In this document: positions 29,731 through 37,893 of the stretch, one piece after another | Numbering within the stretch: position 1 is the stretch's first letter | How the letters are laid out: each line of letters starts with the position of its first letter | From: an uncultured delta proteobacterium | Lineage (GTDB): Bacteria; Desulfobacterota; Binatia; UBA9968 | Assembly: GCA_963760795.1 (NCBI GenBank) | Contig: CAVXEP010000029.1 | Location: forward strand, 448,001 to 512,000 | Reading direction: 5' to 3' | DNA length: 64,000 nt | Notes under the pieces: model-generated | What the model saw: only the letters and a program-made list of their open reading frames with translations | Database searches by the model: none | What the model was told of the DNA's origin: nothing | Made by a program: the position numbers and the translations under genes

Positions 29731-30802
29731 ATGGAATACAGCCAAGCAATCGTGCTCCACGGCAACAAAAGATGCATTGAACTCAGGGAAGATGCCGTCG
29801 TTTCGATCCCTGGTTCATTGGAGGCAAGTCCACTAGTGCCGGATATGGCCAAACTGACACCAAAGATTCGCGCCATGACCATCGCCATGGTCGGAATATT
29901 AGCGATGCCGCTTTGCGGTCTGATGGCGGGGGATGAAAATCTCTGGGATAAGCTGCAAACTTTAATCGAAGCGGAAAGAGCGACCAAGACTCAGAGCACG
30001 GTGTTAGCCGTGGACACCTCGGGTCTGAGCGTGCGCTCGAAAAGCGCTTCGGCGTCGACCAAGGAACTTTTTGAACAGGCAGCGATGGAACATCTCGCCC
30101 GGCTGCATCACACGTTCAATAGCTGGTCCGACCGCAAGCAAGAGCTGATGGGCAGTGTGTCGTTGAAGCTCATGGTCGACGCTGCCGGCAATGTGGTGCG
30201 CGTCGATCCGGTGAATTCTCATGTCAATAATTCAAGCTTTATCAAAACCGTGATCGACGATGTGCGCGAATGGAAATTCCCCGAGGGCAGCACTGAAGCG
30301 GCGGAAATCACCGTGCCGCTGTTGTTCATTCCCAAAGGAATGGACCCAGAGATGATCGTCCAGTGGGAGCGCAAAGTGCGCCGCGCGCCGGGCGATGACG
30401 ATTCGCCAAGTGCTTTGGCAAATGCCCCGGCGCGACCGGCGGCCAAGGTCACGGAAAAGGCGCTCGACATCGCTGCTATCACTCCCATGCAGAAGGAGCA
30501 AAAATCCGTTGCCGCGGCGCCGGCACAACCGCAGATTGCCGTCAACGCCCATCGCCGTCACCACCGTCGCGCCAACGGCTAAAGCGAAAGCTCAGGCGAA
30601 AGCTCTCGTCGTGGTGGTCGCGAACCGCCCACTGGCGATGCGCGACAACCCGCGCTATTCCGCCAACAGCGTGCGCGAAGTGCAAGAAGCGACGCAGCTG
30701 AGCATCTTGGAACATCGCGGCGACTGGCTCAAAGTGCGAAGCGCAGCGGGCGGCCAGGTCGGGTTTGTCCGAAAAGAATATGTCTCGCCATTGAATGGCT
30801 GA
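29731..30802 (+). CDS. Membrane-anchored TonB_C/AgmX-like domain plus C-terminal bacterial SH3 domain, frameshift near 30545
   Basis: TM at AMTIAMVGILAM; GSVSLKLMVDAAGNV..VREWKFP..ITVPLLF; second frame MRDNP..GDWLKVR..GFVRKEYV. Confidence 0.7.
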
Positions 30803-30896
30803 CCAGCGGGCGACAGGCAATCGGCAACGGTAAGATTCGATCGGAATTTCAGCTTGACGGTAGTGTGGGGACCCGGATTTCATTACAGAATTCATC

Positions 30897-30986
30897 CGTC
30901 ATTCCGGGCAATCCCGGCGCAAGGCCGGGGTTGCCCGGAATCCATGAAAATCGCCAACCTGGATGCCGGCCTGCGCCGGTATGACG
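30897..30986. repeat. REP-like palindromic element between convergent genes
   Basis: cgtcattccgg...ggaatcca...tggatgccggcctgcgccggtatgacg with a long internal hairpin. Confidence 0.7.
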
Positions 30987-31070
30987 ATATCTCGCCCTCC
31001 GACTTGCTTTGCGAACTCCCGTTAACGACACGAAGCTCCAGAGCGATAGCTTAGCGCTTTCCGAAAAGTT

Positions 31071-31811
31071 TTAAGAAGACTTCGATACCAGGACCATCGG
31101 TCCGGTGGGCGCGGCGGTGCTGCCCATGGGCTCGACGGTGACGGCGAAGGTTTCGATGGGTCGATCGGGTCGTGGTGTATTGATGTGCAAGCCACCCTTG
31201 CCGGCGGCGTCGGTCTTGATCGTGCCGACGTAACGCGGCGCGGATTGCTGTGCGATGGTCCAGACGGCGTACATCTTTCCTTCCGGCGCAGCCGGCAAAT
31301 CACTGACGAAGATATGGCCTTCGCCGGACTCATTCCAGAGAAACCTACCTTTGGCATGAGGCGTCGGGCCGGCTCCATAAAGCGGAGAATCCCGCGTCGC
31401 CGGATCGCGCAGTAGCTCAATGACCGAACTGTAAAGCGTGTGGCGCGGCTCGTAGCGGTAACTGTAGTAGGTGGCGCTGATGATAATACCAGCAACGCCC
31501 GCGGCGATGGTGCCGATCATTCTTCTCCAGGACTTCGGACGCTCTTGGCGTGCCTTGGCCGTGGATGCAACTTCAGCGCTTGTCACGCCGATCTGATCGA
31601 ACAGTCTCGCCTTCACCGCGGGCGGTGCTAGTTCGGGTCGGAGTGAGCCGTGCAAGAGATTCAGCGTCGCGTGGGTTTCCCGGAGATAGGCCTGACAAAC
31701 TTCACAACCGGATGCGAGATGTGCTTGATAATCTTGCAGCTCTTCGCCATCGAGCGCGCCGAGGGCATAGACCTCCGACTGTGCTTGCCAATGTTCGTGT
31801 TCCGTAGCCAC
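31071..31811 (-). CDS. Membrane anti-sigma factor, RskA-like (ZAS-like N-terminus, TM, RskA C-terminal domain)
   Basis: YALGALD..AHLASGCEVC; TM; LPAAPEGKMYAVW..FAVTVEPMGSTAAPTGP; start overlaps sigma stop. Confidence 0.88.
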   Translation of the reverse strand: MATEHEHWQAQSEVYALGALDGEELQDYQAHLASGCEVCQAYLRETHATLNLLHGSLRPELAPPAVKARLFDQIGVTSAEVASTAKARQERPKSWRRMIGTIAAGVAGIIISATYYSYRYEPRHTLYSSVIELLRDPATRDSPLYGAGPTPHAKGRFLWNESGEGHIFVSDLPAAPEGKMYAVWTIAQQSAPRYVGTIKTDAAGKGGLHINTPRPDRPIETFAVTVEPMGSTAAPTGPMVLVSKSS

Positions 31812-32374
31812 TACGCTGCTTTCGTTCTCAGGATATCTTTGAGACGCTGCATGCCGCTGCGCATTCTAGTTTTCACCGTGCCCAGCGGTTCTTTGAGCCG
31901 CGCGGCGATTTCGCTTTGGCTCAAGCCATCGAAATAGGCCAGCTCCAACACCCGACGCTGCGCTTCCGGCAGATTCGCCAGAGCGCTATTCATGGTCAGC
32001 TTGGCTTCGGACGCCGCGACATTGGATTCGACGTTGTCCGCCGATTCCGCGGCGGCGGGATCAGCGGTGGAGACAAAGCTCTGTTCTCTTCTACGTATGG
32101 AACGGAGCTTATCGATTGCCCGGCTGCGGGTAATATTGACAATCCATGCTTCGGGACTGCCGCGGTCTTGGTTGTAGCCCGATGCCTGGCGCCAGACCTG
32201 GACGAAGACTTCCTGCAGCAAATCCTCGGCATCGTCGCGCCCGCGCAGCATGCGCATGGCGAGTGTGAAAACCAGGGACGAGAAATGATCGTAGAGCTGG
32301 CTGAACGCTTCGCGGTCTTGCGTGGCGGTTCGTTGAATCAGTTGAATCGCGTTGGCGGCCATGGGGGCTTGCAT
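31811..32374 (-). CDS. ECF RNA polymerase sigma factor (SigK-like)
   Basis: DREAFSQLYD, DAEDLLQEVFVQVW, RSRAID, ELAYFDGLSQSEIA..PLGTVKTRMR. Confidence 0.93.
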   Translation of the reverse strand: MQAPMAANAIQLIQRTATQDREAFSQLYDHFSSLVFTLAMRMLRGRDDAEDLLQEVFVQVWRQASGYNQDRGSPEAWIVNITRSRAIDKLRSIRRREQSFVSTADPAAAESADNVESNVAASEAKLTMNSALANLPEAQRRVLELAYFDGLSQSEIAARLKEPLGTVKTRMRSGMQRLKDILRTKAA

Positions 32375-32380
32375 GTTCGG

Positions 32381-32935
32381 CTAGCTGAGCAACTCGTTTT
32401 GCACCGATGTGATAATCAACATTAGCGAACCGTCATCGGTGAAAGTGTCTAAATGGATACTGCCGGCTTCGGCGCGGTGGTAGTCGCCCTTGCGCAACAA
32501 CTTGCCGCCGCAGTAACAGCTGCCTTCGATGACGACCAGTTCTTCGGTACGGGTGTGCCGGTGATTATCGAAGCGCGAGCCGGGGTCCATGCGCACCAAG
32601 GCGGTGACGCGCTGACGATCGGCGTCCAGATTAAGAACTTTGGCGCGCACCCCCGGCGCCACCGCCATCCACTGGCCTTGATCGGCGAATACGAAGGATA
32701 GCCCTGGCTTGTCGCGATCGATTTGCTCAAAGATTCTAGTTTTGACTGCGGCCGAAGCAGTGAGCGCCTGGTAACCGCCCGGTAGGGCGGCCAGCATCTG
32801 GCTTGCTTCACTTACACGCACCTGACATTCGCCGCAGCCGGTCTCGAGATGCGCCTGATATTCGGCGAGGTCGTCACCGTCCAGTGCGCCTAGGGCGTAA
32901 ATTTCCGCCAAATCTAGCAGTTCGTCGTGGCTCAC
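32381..32935 (-). CDS. Soluble ZAS-like + ChrR-type cupin protein (second anti-sigma candidate)
   Basis: YALGALD..AHLETGCGEC; cupin LVRMDPGSRFDNHRH..EELVVIEG..GDYHRAEAGSIH. Confidence 0.85.
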   Translation of the reverse strand: MSHDELLDLAEIYALGALDGDDLAEYQAHLETGCGECQVRVSEASQMLAALPGGYQALTASAAVKTRIFEQIDRDKPGLSFVFADQGQWMAVAPGVRAKVLNLDADRQRVTALVRMDPGSRFDNHRHTRTEELVVIEGSCYCGGKLLRKGDYHRAEAGSIHLDTFTDDGSLMLIITSVQNELLS

Positions 32936-33004
32936 AACTGTCTCTCAGCGCCAACGGGGCGATTCTAGCCTGGTCAATTTCACCGCGCAAACGATCCCTA
33001 TTGA

Positions 33005-33035
33005 TACCTACGAATGACCGGCCAGTTTGGATTTA
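33005..33035 (-). promoter_or_regulatory. Putative autoregulatory ECF promoter of the cupin-sigma-RskA operon
   Basis: Minus strand TAAATCC-aaactggccggtcatt-CGTAGGTA, 70 nt upstream of 32935. Confidence 0.75.
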
Positions 33036-33078
33036 GCAATTTTAAAAAAATCTTTTTTTCCAAAAAATGCTGTGCCGA

Positions 33079-33107
33079 TGAATCCGTTGGTGAAATCGCC
33101 GCCGTAG
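33079..33107 (+). promoter_or_regulatory. Putative ECF promoter of the cupredoxin-DUF4331 operon
   Basis: TGAATCC-N17-CGTAG, 43 nt upstream of 33151, divergent from 33005-33035. Confidence 0.6.
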
Positions 33108-33150
33108 AGCCTGTCAGACGGTGACGAACTAACCCAGAAAGGGCGGATCC

Positions 33151-33549
33151 ATGAAACCTAACGGAACTCTCTTTGCACTGTTTACCGCGGCATGCTTGGC
33201 GGTCAGCGGCGCGGCCGTGGCCCATGAAGAATGTGACGATGGGGAGCCCAGTGGCCAACAGGTCGTAAAGCCGGCTCAGGTTAGCGCGCCGCTGAAGCCG
33301 AGCAGCGCGCAGATCACGGTGAAACTATTCCAGTACCAGCCGGGAAGAACCCAAGTGAAAACGGGAACCACCGTAACCTGGGTCAATGAAGACGAGATTT
33401 ATCATTCGGTGACGGCGGACAAGCACGGTTTCGCCGCGCCGTTGGACGGCAAGGGCAAAAGCTTCAGCTTCACCTTCGATCAGCCGGGTCTGTACAGTTA
33501 CTTCTGCGATCGCCACGAACATATGCGCGGCGAGATCGAAGTCAAATAA
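33151..33549 (+). CDS. Secreted cupredoxin (plastocyanin/amicyanin-like)
   Basis: Signal peptide; GTTVTWVN..YHSVT; PGLYSYFCDRHEHMRGEI (type-1 Cu ligands H, C, H, M). Confidence 0.9.
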   Translation: MKPNGTLFALFTAACLAVSGAAVAHEECDDGEPSGQQVVKPAQVSAPLKPSSAQITVKLFQYQPGRTQVKTGTTVTWVNEDEIYHSVTADKHGFAAPLDGKGKSFSFTFDQPGLYSYFCDRHEHMRGEIEVK

Positions 33550-33593
33550 CCACGTTACGAACGGGCACAAAAAAATCATAGGAGGACAGGAAC

Positions 33594-34838
33594 ATGAAAA
33601 GTAAAGTTGTGAACTTGATTGGCAGCTCCGTGCTTGCCGCAATGGCAGCGGCGGGCTGCGGCCGGATGCAGTCGTCAAGCTCGATGAATTCCACGCAGGG
33701 TCATTCCATGCATGGCTCGATGATGAGCAGCACCGAGTCCAAGTGGACCGCTTCTGACCTTAGAACCAACTTGAATGCGCTGTTCGGCGAACATGTGCTG
33801 ATCGCCGCGGTGGCGACGAGTCACGCCTTAGGTGGCCGTCAACCGGCGTTCGAGGGCGCCGTCGGCGGTCTTGACTCGAATTCCATCGACATCGCCAGAG
33901 CGATCGGCGTTGTCTACGGCGCTGACGCGGAAAAAGCGTTTTTGCCCCTGTGGCGCAAACATATCGGTTTCTTCGTCGATTACACCGTGGGCGCGGCGAG
34001 CCAGGACAAAGCGAAACAGGACAAGGCCATCATTGATCTCGTCAACTACGCCAGCGACTTTGGCGCATTCCTAAGCGCGGCCAACCCAAACCTTGCGAAG
34101 AACATCGTCGCCGATCTGGTCAAAACTCACGCGATGACTTTGAAAGAGGTCGTCGACGCCCAGGCGATGAGCGATTGGCCGAAAGCCTATAGCGCGATTC
34201 GCTCGGCGTATCACCATATGCAGATGATCGGCGATCCGCTGGTTGGAGGGATCGTGAAACAGTTTCCTTCCCGCTTCGCCGGTTCGCCGGATTCGCCGGA
34301 ATCCACTCTGCGTTTGGTGCTAAACATGGCGCTGCGTGAGCATGCGATTCTCGCCGCCATGGCCACTGGGTCTGCCCTCGGCGGCCGCACCGCAGAGTTC
34401 AATGCCGCCGCCAACGCAGTGGACGGCAACTCCATCGACATCGCTAAAGCGATCGGCTCGGTTTACGGCGTGGATGCGGAGAAAGCGTTTCTGCCTTTGT
34501 GGCGCAAGCATATCGGCTTCGTCGTCGACTACACCACCGGTCTGGCGACCCAAGACAAAGCCAAGCAGGACAAAGCGGTTGACGATCTGGTGCGCTACGC
34601 CGATGACTTCGGCGCCTTCTTGACCTCGGCCAATCCGAAGTTGCCGAAGAGCACCGTGGCGGCGTTGGTCAAGGATCATATCCTGACATTGAAGGATGTC
34701 GTCGACGCCCAGGCTGCGCGCCAGTGGCCCAAGGTGTATACGAACCTGCGCATGGCGGCGGGCCATATGGCGATGATCGCCGACCCGCTCAGCCTGGCCA
34801 TCGCCCAGCAGTTCCCGGAAAGATTCGCCCAGCGCTAA
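33594..34838 (+). CDS. Lipoprotein with two tandem ~175-aa helical His-containing domains
   Basis: Lipobox AAGC; His/Met-rich linker; repeats share EH..VYG.DAEKAFLPLWRKHIGF..H..HM..DPL..QFP.RF. Confidence 0.8.
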   Translation: MKSKVVNLIGSSVLAAMAAAGCGRMQSSSSMNSTQGHSMHGSMMSSTESKWTASDLRTNLNALFGEHVLIAAVATSHALGGRQPAFEGAVGGLDSNSIDIARAIGVVYGADAEKAFLPLWRKHIGFFVDYTVGAASQDKAKQDKAIIDLVNYASDFGAFLSAANPNLAKNIVADLVKTHAMTLKEVVDAQAMSDWPKAYSAIRSAYHHMQMIGDPLVGGIVKQFPSRFAGSPDSPESTLRLVLNMALREHAILAAMATGSALGGRTAEFNAAANAVDGNSIDIAKAIGSVYGVDAEKAFLPLWRKHIGFVVDYTTGLATQDKAKQDKAVDDLVRYADDFGAFLTSANPKLPKSTVAALVKDHILTLKDVVDAQAARQWPKVYTNLRMAAGHMAMIADPLSLAIAQQFPERFAQR

Positions 34839-34911
34839 GCGGAGAATTCACCAAACCAGCGACGGTTACTTTTTGCAAAATCAACTTTAAACCGAGAAAG
34901 GAGTCAGGGAA

Positions 34912-36501
34912 ATGAAATCGTTTAAGAATAGTTTAATGTGTCGCGCGACGGCGATGTCGTTGAGCGCGCTGATGGCGCTAACGACGATGACACCACTCGC
35001 CAGGGCGGCAAGCCATAGAGAGGCGCCGCTGATCGCCCTCGATCCGGCGGCCGATTTGACCGACGTATATGCGTTTCGGAGTTGGGAGGATGATAGCAAG
35101 GCGGTGTTCATCATGAACGTTATCCCGGCGCAAGTGCCGGCCTCGGGACCGAACTATTTTAATCTCGATGATAGTGTTCTTTACACATTTCACTTCGATC
35201 TGGACCAGGACGGCCGGGCCGACGATCTGGATATTGAATTCCGCTTCGCCACTGAGATCCGTAACAACACAACACTCGGCGGTTTGAACTTCAAAGACGT
35301 TCCCATCTCGTACGCGGGGGTTCCGCCGATCACCGCGCTTGACGGCGCCGGGTCGGCAGGGATCGGCCTGCGGCAAAAATATCAGGTTCGCGCGGCTGGA
35401 CGCGGCAATGCCGGCGGGAATTTAATTAAGATGATCGGCACGAAAACGACAGATGTGAACAAGAATCCTCTGATCGCAGTGCCTTCCAACGTAGGTCCGA
35501 GTACGATGCCGAATTATCCGGCGCTGGCTCAGCAAGGGATTTACGATCTTGGCAACGGCGTGCGGGTCTTTGTCGGCCAACGCGAGGAATCATTCTATAT
35601 CGACCTCGGAGCGACCTTTGACACCCTCAGCTTTGGCCGCACGCCGCCGATTTTGACGCTCGCGGAAGATCAGAACAATAGCGCAAATCCATTTGGCGTC
35701 GACGATGGCTTTGAGGGGCTCAACGTTACTACCATCGCCATCGAAATACCCAAATCGTTATTTCCGAGCGCGGCCGTCGGTATGTACGCGTCGACCAGCC
35801 GGCGCAAAAACCGGGAATTCGAACTTTCGGGCGACGACCAATTTCGTAATCGCGGCGGGTTCACTCAGGTCTCGCGGATGGCGAATCCTTTAGTGAATGA
35901 GGTTATTATCGGCACGGGCTCCAAGGATCGTTGGAACCAGCGCGACCCAGAGGACGAAAAACAGTTTCTTAACTTTTACGAAAGTCCGCGGCTTGCGGGG
36001 CTGATCAATGCCGTATTCGGCACGTCGATTCCGACAACCGGACGCACGGATCTATCAGGAGTTCTGCTGCAGTACTTTGCGCCGGTATTTAGCGGTTCGC
36101 CAGGAATCATTTCGGAGTTGCTGCGGGTTAATCTCGATATCCCCGCCACCGCGGCGGCGAATCAACAGCGCACGACGGTTCTCAAAAGCGTCGATTCCGG
36201 TGGTTCGTGCGTATCACAATTCGATCCTGCCAATATTCCCGATGCAGCGGGTTGGCCTAATGGCCGGCGTCCCAATGACGACGTGACCGACGTGGCGATC
36301 CGCGTAGTCGCGGGTGCACTGTTGGGACCTGTTCCTTGTCTTGGCGACGGGGTGAACTTCAATCGGGTCCGTGCCGGAACTCCGGATGTGATCGCGGGAA
36401 CCAACATATCGACCAATTTCCCGTTTCTACCGACGCCCAATTCCGGAAGGAGCCCATCGGCGCCGCTGATAGAAGAGCCTAACGAACCGTTGTTCCGTTA
36501 A
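34912..36501 (+). CDS. Secreted DUF4331-domain protein
   Basis: ASHREAPLI..DP.ADLTDVYAF, VFVGQRE..FYIDL, QVSRMANPLVNE, GWPNGRRP.DDVTD, FPFL. Confidence 0.9.
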   Translation: MKSFKNSLMCRATAMSLSALMALTTMTPLARAASHREAPLIALDPAADLTDVYAFRSWEDDSKAVFIMNVIPAQVPASGPNYFNLDDSVLYTFHFDLDQDGRADDLDIEFRFATEIRNNTTLGGLNFKDVPISYAGVPPITALDGAGSAGIGLRQKYQVRAAGRGNAGGNLIKMIGTKTTDVNKNPLIAVPSNVGPSTMPNYPALAQQGIYDLGNGVRVFVGQREESFYIDLGATFDTLSFGRTPPILTLAEDQNNSANPFGVDDGFEGLNVTTIAIEIPKSLFPSAAVGMYASTSRRKNREFELSGDDQFRNRGGFTQVSRMANPLVNEVIIGTGSKDRWNQRDPEDEKQFLNFYESPRLAGLINAVFGTSIPTTGRTDLSGVLLQYFAPVFSGSPGIISELLRVNLDIPATAAANQQRTTVLKSVDSGGSCVSQFDPANIPDAAGWPNGRRPNDDVTDVAIRVVAGALLGPVPCLGDGVNFNRVRAGTPDVIAGTNISTNFPFLPTPNSGRSPSAPLIEEPNEPLFR

Positions 36502-36515
36502 CTAAGAGCGATCAA

Positions 36516-36554
36516 GCCGCGCCGCGAAGTTGTTAATCAGACTCGCGGCGCGGC
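36516..36554 (+). promoter_or_regulatory. Intra-operon GC-rich hairpin
   Basis: Perfect 12-bp stem gccgcgccgcga / tcgcggcgcggc between DUF4331 and TPR genes; no U tract on + strand. Confidence 0.6.
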
Positions 36555-36577
36555 AAGACGAAAAAAGGAGACTGTCT

Positions 36578-37892
36578 ATGACTGCGGTGAAGTATCTCCA
36601 GGTTTTCAGTTTAACGATAGCGGGTTTGCTCGTCGGCTTGGACCGGGACTTGCTTTGGGCTCAACGCAGCCCGGCCGATAACCACGTCGCTTATTACCAG
36701 CAACTGCTCAAGCGTAATCCCCAAAATGCTAAGGCCTACCTTAGCACTCGGCGACGCGTTTATCCGCAAGGCACGCGAGACCGGCGATACGAGCTATTTC
36801 AACCGCGCCGAAGACGCGCTCAAGCGCTCGCTTGAACTAGTGCCGGAAAATGGCGGCGCGTTGCGCCATCTCGCTTATGTCTTTTACTCGCGCCACGAGT
36901 TCGCCCCGGCGGCGGTGTTCGCCCGCAAAGCCGTGGAGATGAATTCTTCGGACAGCGACTCCTACGGCGTGTTGGGCGATGCGCTGCTAGAGATTGGCCA
37001 GTATCCGGAAGCTCAGGCGGCGTACGCGTACATGATGGAGCTGGACGAAAGTTTGTTCTCTTACAGCAGGCGCGCCGGCTTTAAGAGCGCGATCGGCGAG
37101 GTTGACGGCGCAATCGCCGATCTAGAGCGCGCCATTGCTATTGGCAAGGCCACCCGGCAGCCGGCGGAAAGCATCGCGTGGACGGAATGGCAGCTTGGCG
37201 CGGAATATTTCTCGCAAGGAAATTTGCCGGCGGCGGAAGCGAACTTCCGCCGGTCGATGGAAAGTTATCCAAACTATTACCGCGCGCTGGCCGGCATGGC
37301 GCAAGTGCGCGCGGCGCAAAAAAATTACGACGAAGCGATCGCGCTATATCGAAAAGCGTTGGCGATCTTGCCGATGCCCGAGTACGCCGCCGCGCTTGGC
37401 GAAGTCTTCGAGCGGATCGGCCAGCACGAGCAAGCCCGCCAACAGTATGAACTGGTCGAATACATTGGCAAGCTAAACCAGCTCAACCAAACTCTGTACA
37501 ATCGCGAGCTCGCCTACTTCTACGCCGATCGCGACATCAAGGCGAAAGAAGGTTTGGAGTTCGCCCGGCGCGAATTGGACTACCGGCGCGATGTTTATGC
37601 CTACGACGTGCTGGCGTGGAACCTCTATCGGAACGGCATGATGGACGAGGCTCGCGACGCCGTCGAAAAAGCGCTTCGGCTCGGCACCAAGGACGCCAAA
37701 CTGTTTTACCACGCCGGGATAATTTATCGCCGGCTCGGCGACCTGCCGAAGGCCAAGGAATTCTTGAATCGCGCGCTCACGATCAACCCGTACTTTCATG
37801 TTCTGTTCGCCGACCACGCGGCAAACACTCTTAAGGAAATGGCAACTGCTGACGCATATGCGGCTGCGAATCAGCGGCAGGAAGAGAGATAG
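36578..37892 (+). CDS. Exported tetratricopeptide-repeat protein, frameshift near 36740
   Basis: RBS aaggag; N-terminal signal/TM; ALGDAFIRKARETGD, many TPR helices, RRDVYAYDVLAWNL, LFYHAG, ALTINPYF. Confidence 0.85.
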
Positions 37893-37893
37893 G

